A stretch of 63,538 bases of DNA, counting the filler, from Circinaria calcarea (Eukaryota): NCBI GenBank assembly GCA_051942165.1. It is 23 parts of 23 records of this genome, joined end to end, with 100 filler letters (N's around TTAATTAATTAA, not from the genome) between each part and the next. Parts side by side here need not be neighbours in the genome. Positions count along the whole stretch, not along the records: positions 36,050 to 38,713 come from JAVECS010003346.1; positions 38,814 to 41,476 come from JAVECS010003347.1; positions 41,577 to 44,236 come from JAVECS010003348.1; positions 44,337 to 46,995 come from JAVECS010003349.1; positions 47,096 to 49,754 come from JAVECS010003350.1; positions 49,855 to 52,512 come from JAVECS010003351.1; 17 more parts are not named here. The stretch is one strand, 5' to 3'. Below are positions 38,292-51,366 of the stretch, one piece after another. Each line of letters begins with the position of its first letter. The first letter of the stretch is position 1. The notes beneath the pieces are model-generated. The model did not search any database. It saw only the letters and a program-made list of their open reading frames with translations, and was not told the DNA's origin. A program made the position numbers and the translations under genes.

Positions 38292-38911
38292 ATTTAACAC
38301 GATTTCCAAAATATCCCCCCCCGTTCTTACCGTATAAGCACAAGCACAAGCACAAGCACAAGCACGACTAAACGCAGACCCACGCCCGGACGCCCGGACC
38401 GGACAGACGGGTTTTGTAGATTCGCATCGCAGGGGTCTGTCTTGTTCCTCGGTTCCTTTTTCCCGTTTCCCCCCCACAAAAACCTAGATATGCAAATCCC
38501 CCTCCGCACTAAAATACCGGGGCACTTGGTTGAGCTTTTTCCCTTCTCCGCTCCATCCTCGCGGGGTTCAAAAACATAAAAAACACAAAACACAAAAAAA
38601 ATCCCAAAATAAAACCTCCGTCCCCCCTTTTCTATTTTCCCCGTTTGAATTTCCCAATAATCGATAATCCCCAGTTCTCTCTCTAGCCTTTTCTTTTCCC
38701 CCAACCACCCACCNNNNNNNNNNNNNNNNNNNNNNNNNNNNNNNNNNNNNNNNNNNNTTAATTAATTAANNNNNNNNNNNNNNNNNNNNNNNNNNNNNNN
38801 NNNNNNNNNNNNNGTATACATCATCGCGTCTTCCCGTCTTTAACGTGAAATTGAGTAACGCGCGGCACCTATTCTCTACAATTAAATAATTATTGAGACC
38901 CCTCAAGAACC

Positions 38912-39888
38912 ATGGCTGGCATTGAAAGCAGTATTGCTATTCCAAGGGATGACATTGATAATACCGACGATGTCTTCCGCGAGTTCGAGGCGAATATGGA
39001 AGCCCCAGTCCAGCCCAAGCCTGGGAACGCGCCTAAACCAGGTGCGGACCTTGGGATTGACAGTGAGGTTCAGGTTGTGAAGAAACGAAAGCCAATCGCC
39101 AAGCTAGATGAGAACAGGTATTCTACCATCCAGTGCTCTGGCTACAAAGATTAAGATGCTAATGACCCCATAATAGATTACTTTCACAAGCTGGCATACC
39201 TAAACTAAGACGAATAACGAAAGAGCGCCTAAAGTTTAAGGGTAAAGGACACGAGGTAGTGGGGCCCTAAACGACATCAACTAAGTTTTACTAACAAAGC
39301 TATTAGTATTCCGATGTAGCTCGCCTCCTCAACCTCTACCAGTTATGGCTTGACGATTTGTATCCAAGAGCAAAATTTGCCGATGGTTTAGCTATTATCG
39401 AGAAGCTTGGCCATACAAAGCGCATGCAAATAATGAGACGAGAGTGGATCAACGAGGGAAAGCCCCGAGATATATTTCAGGAAGAGAAGCTGAACACGAT
39501 AGGGGGTGTAGAAGGGGCGGACCAAGTCCCTGACCACAACTCACCCCCTTCCGTCCCAATACAAATTCAGAAGGATTCAGGGGGCTTCTTAGCTACTGAC
39601 GATCGCGGCCAATCCTCGGTGACTGCAGATCCACGAGAACGGACGCGGAACGTCTCAAATGATCTTATACTTCACCAGGAAAGCCTCTTCCTGTCTGATA
39701 ATGACAATTCCCAGCTGTCAGACGACGATCTAGATGCACTCCTCGCTGAGGATTTGCAAAAGGAGGCGAGGGCAAAACCAGTGGATGCTAAGGAGAATCC
39801 TCAGAGCTTGCCCCACTCACTTTCCCAAGTGGAAGAGAACTTTGATGATGACTTGGAAGCTATGGCCGGCATGGATGATATGTGGTGA
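38912..39888 (+). CDS. CSM3: Replication fork protection component Csm3/Swi3 (Tipin), two introns
   Basis: AKLDENR-LLSQAGIPKLR...[44 protein letters not shown]. Confidence 0.93.
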
Positions 39889-40764
39889 TGGATCTTTGAA
39901 TATTGCTACTTGGTTTTCTTGGTATTAGCGTTGGCGTTACGGGATATAGGGTAAAGTTAAATCGGCGTACAGCATTGATGCATGTTCAACGCAGCGCCAG
40001 GAAGTCTGTAATAAAGCAGGGGGAAACAGAGAAGGGAAGACGATAGCCGATGGTGAGGACATCCTGAAAGTGGTGGTTCAGATTCTTCACTTCACGGCTT
40101 GGAGTTGCCTTTGAATATCCCTTGTAGACAAACAACCAAGAGTTATTCCAGACGAGATATTGAAGCATATATGTAATCTCTCGAACGTCCAACAGAAGGA
40201 AGATCGTCTTGCCTTTCAACATTTTAGTTATTTAATATATGTAAAATAGAGCCCTTGCACCACTAGCATGCTTAAGGTAGTACTGGTAGGTACAAAAGGC
40301 CTTCTGATCACGGTTATGGACTTTTTTGTAGTCCCCCTGCCGATGATGTAGAAATTTGCAACCCCAATAGTGATTACTCGCTATAGTTTCACCTCTAGAT
40401 TTGTGGGACCCCTCCAATGTGGGTGGTGCCATACCCGAATCCTAGGTTGAAAGGGTCAGTAACTACAGCTGGGGGTAATTCAGGGCTGCAATTCTTTTGT
40501 CAAGCGCGTGACCAGCCGACGACGCATGGACATTCTATTCAGCACATCCAATCCTAGAAGTTCGTGTGAACACTACAGGTTTCCTTAACAAAAATTGAAT
40601 ACATCCAAGCAAGTTCCTTTCTCTAAAGACTATTCGACAATCGTGGCAGTAGAATTCAAATGAAACTGCGATGCATGGAATGTCATAACACCTACTCCTA
40701 GAAAACAGATTTTGCTCTTTTTAGACACACTTTCTTGGTCCCCGGTTTCTTACCTACAGCAGAC

Positions 40765-41476
40765 ATGGCAGATGACCTCTTGAGTGCCATAGAATCTGTT
40801 CATATCAGTTCGCGAGAGAAAAAAGATCTTTGCGAAGACAGTCTTAAGGCCTTTCTCTTAGAACCACGCCCTCAAAAGAAACTTAGACCGATCCCTGGAA
40901 AACTCAAGCAACAGCTCGAGGATGAGTTTCTAAGTCCACCTACGACATTCAGTGCTGAGTGGCTGAATAGACTACAGCAGTAAGGCCCCGACCTTTATAG
41001 TTATAAACTCACTCACTCACGCAGGCTATAGAAGATGGGACGCTCCTCTAGACTACACAGGACTTTTTCAAATGGCGCCAACGCAGACCCGCACAATAAC
41101 ACGGTTCACTCGGGAGGGTCTTGAGGGAAGAGTTACGGGCTACAAGGAAGTAACGGTTCCTGCGAACAGCGCTACTGCTAAGAACTCTACCTCGTTACTG
41201 CGAAAGCCGGCCAACCGAGCAGAATTTGTTCGCGGAGCAGCTGGATTTTTCCCGTTCGTACCAGGAGGCCTTGATGGCGTTCAAGCTGTTGCGGATCTAG
41301 AGGAGCAAGTCATTCAGGAAAGCAAAGGGGCTAACAGGACCAAGGCTAATGCTTTAAACCGGGTCATTAACTTTGGTAACGAAGGTGGCCTCTTGGAGGT
41401 ACCACCGGGCTTTGCACGAGGGCTTGATTTTGCAAAGGCGCGGAATGTAGTTGACGAACACGCCGCTCATCAAATA
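40765..41476 (+). CDS. SKI2: Ski2 RNA helicase N-terminus, one intron, 3' truncated
   Basis: Ski2_N: FTREGLEGRVTGYKEV...ATAKNSTSLLRKPA...FVRGAAGFFPFVPGGL. Confidence 0.9.
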
Positions 41477-41845
41477 NNNNNNNNNNNNNNNNNNNNNNNN
41501 NNNNNNNNNNNNNNNNNNNNTTAATTAATTAANNNNNNNNNNNNNNNNNNNNNNNNNNNNNNNNNNNNNNNNNNNNGTGTTAAGAAGGGGGCAAAAATGA
41601 TGGGGTGTGGGTTGAGTTGGGGGTTAAGGGAGGCGTGTAAAAGGAGTAAAGTATAAGGGGGGGGGTTCCCCAAAGGGATAAGGCCCTTATTTTTCTTTTT
41701 AAATTTTTTAAAATGGAGGGATGGTATGCGAAAGGGTACAAGCCCGAGATATTAAATAAAAGTGGGTGCATATATGTAGATATGTAGTTTCCCCGAACCT
41801 ATAGTTCTACGTGATGGTTGGCTGACCAAGGCGCCATCCGTCCGA

Positions 41846-43746
41846 TCAAACGGTGAGTTCTGTAGCTTCATTATTGGAGTGCAATTCTTCGACAGCAAGA
41901 TAGATCTTCTTCACTTTCTCCTTCCAAAACGCGTCGCTGCCCCAGGTGGCCCTTTCAAAGAGACCATCACGCCTTCCATCCATCCAGCCTTCGGTCCGAT
42001 AGCCGGTATATCCCGAAAAAACTTGAGCAAGGCCAGAGTGTATTATCTCGAAGTTCTGGTGATGACTGTGGGTCAGAGAAAAGGCAAGGAATCAGGATCC
42101 AGCAGGAACAGAGCAGCATGCAAGGTGATACGCAAGCCTGCAGAGCTAAACTCTGTGTGTATCAATTGCAGGTAGGTAGATGGGCAGGTATGTCAGGAGA
42201 CCGAAGAATACAACCAATATGAGAAAAACCCGCACAGGTACTTCCCCTCGTCCAAAGATTTTTAGATTTATGCCTAATATAGCGGAAATATAATTGATCG
42301 GGAGGTATAAGAAAATTAAACTAAAGAGTTTGCTAAAGCTAATTGCTGTGGCCTTTAACTTCTTGGCCTCCGCTAACCGCTCTGACGCTAGCTTAGCCTT
42401 GTAAGCCGAATCGGTTTCGTGAACGTGCTACTCGGATATTCTTATGGTATTATTATATAACGATAAGAGCATCTCAACGTTGGTCAAAAGACTTTGAAGC
42501 TTCCGCCGATATAAATCATCAGCCGAATCTGAGTCTTCATGAACCGCAACTGACTTATGCTCAGGAGCAAGCGGTCCGAGATACCCGAACAGGCCTTGCT
42601 TCACTTTGACCAATTCGAGTCCCCCGATGATGCATAGCTATTATGTGTGGATGACCTTAGGAAACAAATCGGTCGCTCTCGTTCAATTCGATTGGCTGCG
42701 TGTCGTGCCGCAAAGTATAGTCCTCGTAGCATCTTAGGACCAAAAGACGGGCGTAACAGTACACAATGCTGTATAAAAACTCGAATAAGTCATTAGGAAA
42801 ATTATAACTAATAAAGGACGTATCGGTGGTAGCCGCGAAAAGGTCGACGACAGAAAAGTATAAATATTTCTCACGCTCAGCACGCTATCCCCATGGCGAT
42901 AGCGATTCCTGATAAACAGTCTTTGACCGGATGAGTGCGATGACTATTTTTACGGTTATTCCTCCAATGTCGCCAGATATCTAGTAGAAGCCAGAAGACT
43001 CACCATTACCACCTTTGCAGCAGATAGATAAGCATTCCGAGTCTACGCTCAAACGGAGTATGGAGGCGCGCGTTTCTGATGGGAGTCGAATAGGGTTCCA
43101 ACGGCCGCGAAAAGTCCAACTATTTTCATTCAGACCGTTCTCCTCTCTAAGATAATAGCGAATCATTCCAGGACAGTCTGGTTCATATCTGAATTCTTTA
43201 TAATCGAAGTGGTGTCGCAGAAATGACACCTCGAGCTTGAATTTAGTCCACAGGAGATTGAGGATCCGGATCCACTTGAGAGCTGTCTCTATGACACAAT
43301 ATCACCGCACGTACATGTTTCGAGGCGAGACAATGTTTCAACGCGAGTAGTGCAAATGACCCAGTCCCGACGTCTTCGGTGATAGTGGCCGATGCAGCTT
43401 CCGTCTCTTTGTAATACACCCTGACCAGATACGCTGGACTGATTTTGCCCGCAGAAACCGCATCGGAAGACACAATCTTACAAAGCCAGTCGCAGTTGTT
43501 CAACGATGCCGAGTGCGCCTTTGTCTACTCTTTCAAACTTCGCCATTGCGCGTTTATACTGCTCGAATCATCTGCATGGGCAAATTGTCGAGTGTCGTCG
43601 GGAACTGCCATCGAGTTGGGATTCGCAGAACGGCGATCACTAGATATTAAATAGGTTATATGAACGATATCGAATCGAATTGAATGTAGGAGCGGCGTAT
43701 CAGGAGAAATACAAGTGTTCAGTGCACTGTTTAAAGAAGTAGACAC
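41846..43746 (-). pseudogene. CorA-like membrane protein pseudogene with several stops and frameshifts
   Basis: Colinear ORF pieces broken by TAG stops (43525, 42428). Coiled coil followed by SKLFSLIFLYLPINYISAILGINL and a second TM helix, with the CorA GMN motif read as GIN. Confidence 0.6.
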
Positions 43747-45489
43747 TTTAATATATCCAGCCGTCGACGGCCGGCAGTGCTCAGCCTCATTGTGACTTTA
43801 CTTTGTGGGACACGGCTTCATGCACGAATGCCTTAGAACGTTAGCCCAGCCCGCGGCCGAGGGATTTTAAGTTGCTGAGAAGCAAAGGCAAGGGCAATTC
43901 AAGCCGAAGGCTGGGAAATCCAGTTTTTGTTCCCACCTGCTGCGGCCCTCCACTGCCCTGAAAAACTCCCTCTTACTCCGTTATGCTCCCTCCTGCTCTC
44001 TTTAAAGCAGCCTTGCTTCCTTTCCGGAACGAAAACGGTAATTCATGATTGCAATTTCAGGGTATATATAATATGTATATAAACAGGTAGAGGTTGCCAA
44101 GACTATAAGTTTGGATCAAAATTGTATAAAACCACTATTCATAGAACCAAATATCCGTACACTCAATCATCATCGCACCGGGAAGGCTTTGCCCTCCCCA
44201 CATCTCTCGCACCACATTACCCTCCCCGGCCTAAGANNNNNNNNNNNNNNNNNNNNNNNNNNNNNNNNNNNNNNNNNNNNTTAATTAATTAANNNNNNNN
44301 NNNNNNNNNNNNNNNNNNNNNNNNNNNNNNNNNNNNATACAAATACGATTGCATGGGGAGATATATCTCGTCCGTGCAATGAACTCGGACTAAGGCCGAT
44401 GATCCTGATGAACTAGATGAGAAAAATGCTTGGCCAGCCTAATCTCGAAGTTCGATAGTTGTGACCCCTTGATTCAGGAAGCCCGCTGCCGAAAAGGCCA
44501 CCTGGAGGCTGCCACGAGACAACCCCACCCTTTGAGAAGACCGAAACGCCTTCCATCTCGCCTGGTGATGAATTGGATGACTCCATTAGGTACTATGGCT
44601 GAACTTAGATCTTATGATGATGCTTTCGCCAGCATCTCCTGCAGACGGGAGTATTCTTTCTCTCGTCATCCCCAATCATGCGCCACCACCATGACAAAAA
44701 GCTCCGACGAGAGCTAGAGCGCTCTGGATATCCCCACGGTGCATCTCCTGATGAGGCTGCGGCGTCGGGACCTGACCCTTGGCGGGGCCATAATAACTAA
44801 CTGTAGCAAGCAGGTGGATACGGCAGAAGGTGAGAATTGGGGATCATCGAGTGCGATGGGACCCCGGTGATCCTCTCAAAAGCTGTTTCAGGAACGAACG
44901 CATGTATTGGTGGCACCTAGCCGTGGAGTCTGAGGTCCACCTCTCGGGGAGATCAAAGCCATGTATGTAATGGCAACGGATTTGTTTTGTCCTGGTCATT
45001 TCCGTACCTACCGAGGCCGCTTGATTGCCATCAATCAAGGCATGAACCACATAGATGAGTATGAGCTTGGAGACTCAGGAGAACCTCAAAAGATGCCACG
45101 GATTGAATGCACATGTGCTGCTCTACCGGCTCTCCTTATTTTTTTATGTATTTTGCTTTTCCAACTGTGCCGACAACTCCTGCCGTTTCGGCTACTATGG
45201 TAACGGTGGAGTATGCACGTGGCTGCCACGCGATCTGTTAGCGTAGGATTTAGTGCCGTACAAATTTCGTCTGTGCAGACATTGCAAGAGCCTCCAAGAG
45301 CTCGCTTCGATGTGTCCGGACTCTGGAGGTCTTATCTGCGCTGACTTGAACCTTGGAAGATGAGATCTCATCTCCAAACGCAAGAGGAGTGTGGCGCTAA
45401 GGTATATATGAGAGGATCCTGCTTTAAGCTTAAGATGGTCGCCTATGCTTTCTCAAGTCCCGTACTCTACTTGTTGATCACTCATCACT

Positions 45490-46995
45490 ATGCATTTTCG
45501 GAGCCGGTTCTTTTCTCTCCTTGGGCTGTCCACTGTTCTATTGCAACTCACTGCAGCCGCACCACCAGCATTGCCAGGGCCTTCGAATTCTGATGGCTCC
45601 GTTCAATGCCTCGCCCTATCAGCACTGCTCGGTGACAAGGTCTTATATCCCAACGGGTCCATGTACATGTCTTCCGTGCAGTCATACTGGTTCCAAGAAG
45701 CTCGACTCTCACCTTCATGCATTGTGCGTCCAACGAGCTCGAGTGACGTCTCCACCATTGTCAGAACCCTAGCCAAGCTGCGTGGAGTTGGACCCAACAA
45801 TACCTTTGCCATTCGAAGCGGTGGACACACGCCGTTCGCCGGTGCCGCAGGAACAGCTCAAGGCGTTACGGTTGATCTGGGGGCGATGAACCAGGTCAGC
45901 GTTAGTGCAGATCGAAAGATAGCTTCCGTGGGCTCTGGGTCGACTTGGAGTGATATCTACAGTCAAATCCAGCCCATGACCCTTAGTGCTGTTGGTGGCC
46001 GTGTGGCCCCAATTGGGGTTGGTGGCTTTATCATCGGGGGTTCGTCGGACTTTACTAGATCATTCTGCTCTCATCTCCGTGTCAGCGACTGAGTAAGCAT
46101 CTTAGGTGGCATTTCATATTTCTCACCAGAGAAAGGGTTCGGTTGTGACAATGTGGTAAAAATAGAGGTGGTCCTTGCTAGTGGTCAAGTAGTCGAAGCC
46201 AGTGCCCAGTCGAAGTCGGATCTTTTCGCGGCTCTGAAAGGTGGCTCGAATAACTTTGGCATTGTGACTCGATTCGATCTGCAAACGGTTTCAATGGGGA
46301 ACTTCTGGGGCGGCTCCATCTACTACCCTTCTACCACAATTCCCCAACAGCTATCGGCATTTAACAACTTCATGCAACTAGCTAATTTTGATCCCAACGC
46401 CGAACTCGTTCAGGCGATTGGGTATATTAGTGGCGTGGGGTCCTTGGTATCCAATGGAATTTACTACACGAAACCGATATTTAATCCTCCCGTCTTCCAA
46501 CCTATCACCGATATCCAACCACAACTTGGTAGTTCTATGAGATTATCGACAGTGTCCGATTTTGTGACCGAAACCGAGCAGTCACAAGCCATCAATCCGC
46601 GGTACAATCTGTCAATACCTGGGTCTGTGTGCAATACTAACTGAGCATAGAGGAATATACGTAACCACAACTTTCTCTCCAACCCTTCCAACCCTTCAAC
46701 GTGTATACGCGATATGGAATGCAACGGTCCCTTCAATCGAGAACATCGCCGGCATCCAGCATTTCATAATATTCCAACCCATGCCAGCTATCAAACCCGG
46801 CAACTCACTCGGCCTATCTGTCTCAGACGGCCCGTTGGTCGTATGCCTTCTCTCCATAACCTGGACCAACCCAGGCGACGACTCCTTTCTGGACACCCTA
46901 GACAAAAGCCTTCTCGATCAAATCGAGCAAGCCACCAAATCCGCTGGCGTATTTAACGCGTTCAAATATCTTAACTACGCGGCAAACTTTCAGGA
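45490..46995 (+). CDS. Secreted FAD-linked oxidoreductase (FAD_binding_4, BBE/6-HDNO-like), two introns, 3' truncated
   Basis: Signal peptide, FAIRSGGH, GVGGFIIGG-GISYFS, LFAALKGGSNNFGIVTRFD, YLNYA. Confidence 0.92.
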
Positions 46996-48087
46996 NNNNN
47001 NNNNNNNNNNNNNNNNNNNNNNNNNNNNNNNNNNNNNNNTTAATTAATTAANNNNNNNNNNNNNNNNNNNNNNNNNNNNNNNNNNNNNNNNNNNNAAAAG
47101 AATATCTACCGAATTCCCTTGGGAAAAACCAGCAGGGGACTGACTGTATGTGGTAGCTTCCCCCCCCCCCCTTCACGGGGAAACGATGTACAGTCCTGAT
47201 CCGATCAGGTTCAGACTCGATGATGGGGCTGGGGTGGGAGCCTTATACAGGATTCGACTATCTCTTTCTCTCTCCCCTCCTCATCCATGGAAGAAGAAAT
47301 CAAGGAGCCAGAGCTAGCTAGCTGTCCTCGACCCCCAACATTATCCCTTTCGTCACCTTTTATCATTCACCCGCCTTTTGATGACACCATCCCCCATCCC
47401 ACCTCCTACATCCTCGCTCGAGGGGAGTGTTCAATTCCGAAACCAAAATCATTCATCATCCCTTTACTTGCCAAGTAAGGAAGGCTCCGGCATTACCCCT
47501 ATCCCTATCCTATCCTATTCTATCTGTAGTCGGTTCTACCGTCTCCATCTCCTTTCCCTTCCCCCTTCCCCTTCCTCTACCCTCATCCGGGAAAACCCCC
47601 TAGCAGCAGCTCCTGAAAGAATCACTTTGACGTTTATATAGTAGGCGTTTACATACCTTTTTACTTTGTAGATTTGAGATGAGTAGAAGGGGGAGGGGCG
47701 CGGAGGGGACAAGGGAAACTAGACAGGAGGGATTTGGTTCGACTAAGAACTAGGAACACACAACCAATAGCATAGACACCTAGGTGTGTATACCCATGGT
47801 CATTCTAGGTGGAAATGGCATTACTTCTAGAAAAGCGGGAATTACCGCATGGAATCTAGGGGGTTGGAGCAAACTACATATTATCAACCCTCAAGATCCG
47901 CCAAACGGGGCTACCCCTGACATTGCCCTTGTCCTGCCTTTCTGCTCTCTGAACCATTCTGGATAGCGCACACAAGATCATATCGCACACGGAATTAAAG
48001 CTCCTTCTTTCCAACCCTCTCCCTCTTCACGAGTAGATTCGCCCGTACTAGACACTGGACTGATCATAGAATCTACCAGCGTCTAAC

Positions 48088-49754
48088 CTAGACTCCGCCT
48101 CTCCCAGCGCCGGAAGGCTTGTGCCTAGGACTCGGAAGTGCCTCTTCCTGCTCCTCCCTTACCGCAATCGCCTGCGTAGACACGGACTTGCGTTTCTTCT
48201 TCGATCGGCGCGGGGAGGTAGCATCGATAACCTCGAGGGCTTCCTCGACGTCGCTCTCTTCCATATTTCCATTTGGACGCAGCCGGACATTCGTATTGTA
48301 GGCGTCCATAAATGGCTTTGGAATATTACCTGGCCCGCGTTCCCAAGTATCGTCCTCCGAAGGCCACCCGGCCCAATGCACCAAATACTTGACCATCAAC
48401 ACTTCATCCGCCTCGACACGCCCGCCTCCTTCCAGATACCGTACAATCGCCGGGTCATCCATCTTCTCCTCTGCAAAGTCAACGCGATCATATCGCCAGA
48501 TCCGCTTTCCGCGGAGTTTCTCTACTTCATATTTACCGTCGCGTGTGGGACTTTCTGCAGCGACATATTGCACTTTTACGTATGCTCCCTTCTGAATCCT
48601 ACAAACACCAAAAAGTTGACTCGCCTTCTTGTCTCCCGTTCCACATGGATGTTTTGTATGAAGAACAGTTCGGGTGTTGTCCGCATTTTTACTACCGTAA
48701 TACGCCATGCGGGCATCTGCGTCAGCAGGGATACTTGGACTGATTCTATAGACAGGCCGCAGTCGACCGAGCTTCGTCCATGGTTCTCCTTTGGATGGTA
48801 CTCCATTGGAATATTTCGGAAATGCTAGCTTGATAAGCTTCCCATCTTGCATATCCATTGCCTTGGCTAGATCCAGGACCTTTGAGCCCGACGCCCTTTC
48901 AAGGCCATCTCTTCCATCATCGCCCGATTCATCGCTGGACATCATGAGCGGTAAAGTTGTAGATGAAGGCAGCTCAATAATCTGAAAAGGTCCATCGTAA
49001 ACATCGAGCATGTCAAACTTGTTCGTTCCATCCACCATATCGGATACTTCCCGAATACGAATGACTAGATCATTAAGCTTGACAGCCTCGTCGGATCGAT
49101 ATGTAAGCTCCCGCTTGTTTGACGTGATTGATGATTGGCTTGCAGGGGAGGATGACTGATTCATACCAGAAGATAGTTGGTTTATACCCGAGGATGGTTG
49201 GTTTGCAGCGGACGATGAATGGTTTACACTGGAAGATGGTTGGTTTGTAACGGAGGATGGTTGGTTTCCACGGGAGGATGGCTGGTTCCCACGAGAGATT
49301 GGCTGATTCACACTGGAGGATGATTGATTCATATCAAAGCCTGGTCGGTGCTTCTTAACGTCGATTACTGGTTTCTTAGCGACGACAATCGATACAGTAG
49401 GCAGGTCCTTGGCTATGTGATATACTACGGAGGGGTCCATATTCGAAGATGTTCTATACACTGGCGCCTCTCCACCTCTAATAGACAGTTCTGACAGTTC
49501 CTTTTGCTCATCGGAGCCTGGAGCTGAACTCTTGCTTTTGCGTTTCTCTGCTGCCACGTCGACGTTTCCTGGCTCACGGGCAGGGCGGTGGCGAATCTCA
49601 GTTGTCTCCGATAAATCCGTAATGACCCGAGACTTAGTAGACCTCATATGTACCTGAGACTGAAGGCGGGAAGCGACTCTGGTCGGTGACTCGCTACGAA
49701 CGTTGGGCGCCCTCTTTTCGCGACGGCTCGGACTCCCACCTGCTGAATGCTTGT
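48088..49754 (-). CDS. Chromodomain protein with an upstream GPF/SH3-like segment and a 7-aa repeat; frame open to the contig end (5' truncated)
   Basis: YEVEKL...KYLVHWAGWPSEDDTWE chromodomain, YDGPFQIIELP upstream, basic NLS-like RRSKKKRK. Confidence 0.75.
49123..49332 (-). repeat. Coding minisatellite, 10 x 21 bp (xNQPSSx)
   Basis: MNQSSSS VNQPISR GNQPSSR GNQPSSV TNQPSSS VNHSSSA ANQPSSG INQLSSG MNQSSSP ASQSSIT. Confidence 0.85.
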
Positions 49755-50700
49755 NNNNNNNNNNNNNNNNNNNNNNNNNNNNNNNNNNNNNNNNNNNNTT
49801 AATTAATTAANNNNNNNNNNNNNNNNNNNNNNNNNNNNNNNNNNNNNNNNNNNNCGAGTGCCGGAATTGCGCGGAGCTACGCTTGGACGGCGTGCCCGAG
49901 GGGACGGCCAAGGTGGAGTTTGATGTGTTTTTGGGGGCGAGGACGGCGCGGGCGCTGCTGTTTGTGCTGGTGGATGGGTTGATGGACCTGGGGATCTACA
50001 ATTAATCTAATCAGTACCCTTGATGAGGGGAGGACTTTTCTTCCCTTTCGCGCGGTATTCTAATGCACTCACCGCCCAATGCCCCCCTAAGTTCTCCCTG
50101 AGCCATCCCCTACCTACAGGACTTGATATTGCCAAGCGGAACCTTCACAGCAAATTCAGCAGTAGTAAGTACGGCAAACCCTATTTATCCTACAGAAAGG
50201 GTTTGAACATGCGTGTTAAGAGATGGTGCGAAAGGGAAAATTTTCAAACGACCTGCGGTTAATGATTTATCATAGGCTCATGCAAGAAAGATGTCCCATC
50301 AGCAGTATTAACCCCTCGGCGATATCCCTTTTTAAACCTTCGACTTGAACCTTCGGGGCTATAGCTTCTGATATAGAGAGACTTGAAAAGCCAAGTCTCT
50401 ATGCAAACCAAGTGTCTTATATCTGTCCTGGTTCGCTGCATTTATGCTATTTGGCTGATGTGGAGTATTAGCTCTACATAGTCCTTGCTTACCTTGGGTA
50501 AATGTAAATTGAGTGGTTTTATGAGCGGCCGAGTCTCGATGCTTAGCCATTGCGGGTAGGAAGGACAGCTCGGGCATGAGAATCATCGCCGTCCTAATCT
50601 TTCGTCTCTGGTATGTTTGTGACAGTGAATGATCCACCAATGAACAGATTGAGGTAACAAGTCTATTACGATGTACCATATAGCCTGATAATCACCGGGG

Positions 50701-51366
50701 TCACCCACTCAATGTCGGCAATATTTCTTCCAGCACCTGCCTCGTTGTAACAACCTCACAGAACTCGTCTTTTAGACTCGCTACGTGCACCTGGTGCACC
50801 GTCTCCGCATCAAACTCCCCCCTTTCCCAAGTCGCTGTCGCATCCGTTATCAGAATCACCTGACCGGGAGCCTCCTTCCCCGTCTTCTCATCTACGTGTT
50901 CCGTCACGCGTAAGTTCGCTGCCATGCGGACCGAAGTCGAGACGCAATGATCTGTCGTCAGACCTACAACAAACAAGCGCCGAATACCTCGATCCCTCAA
51001 CAAATCGTCGAGGCAAGTCCCGATGAATGCGGAGTTCACGGATTTGGTTCTCACAGACTCGCCCTCGAGAGGAGTGGCATACGGCTGAAAGTCGAAACCG
51101 GAAGAACTGAGATGAAGAGGAGAGAGGACGTTGGCGGACTTGTGGTAGACGTGAATAATCGAGGGAGAGGAGGTGGGGTGGACATGACTGATTTGGCGGA
51201 ATGCTTGGAGCAGAGAGATGATGTTGGCTTCGAAGGAAGGATTAGATCGTTTGGTACCCCAATGAGTGGGATGGTCGAAGCCCCGTTGGATGTCGACAAG
51301 GAGGAGGGCGGTGTGGGATAGGGGTGAAGACATGACTAGGAGGTATGAGATTTCGGATGATGACAA
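50701..51366 (-). CDS. Isochorismatase-like cysteine hydrolase
   Basis: ALLLVDIQRGF, KSVNSAFIGT, GLTTDHCVSTSVRMA (Asp-Lys-Cys triad). Confidence 0.9.
   Translation of the reverse strand: MSSSEISYLLVMSSPLSHTALLLVDIQRGFDHPTHWGTKRSNPSFEANIISLLQAFRQISHVHPTSSPSIIHVYHKSANVLSPLHLSSSGFDFQPYATPLEGESVRTKSVNSAFIGTCLDDLLRDRGIRRLFVVGLTTDHCVSTSVRMAANLRVTEHVDEKTGKEAPGQVILITDATATWERGEFDAETVHQVHVASLKDEFCEVVTTRQVLEEILPTLSG

Noticed and set aside
39986..40432. Two short minus-strand ORFs between CSM3 and SKI2
   Set aside because: No recognisable domain; could be chance or an unidentifiable relic.
48121..48828. 235-aa plus-strand ORF
   Set aside because: Antisense to the chromodomain gene, with no recognisable motif.
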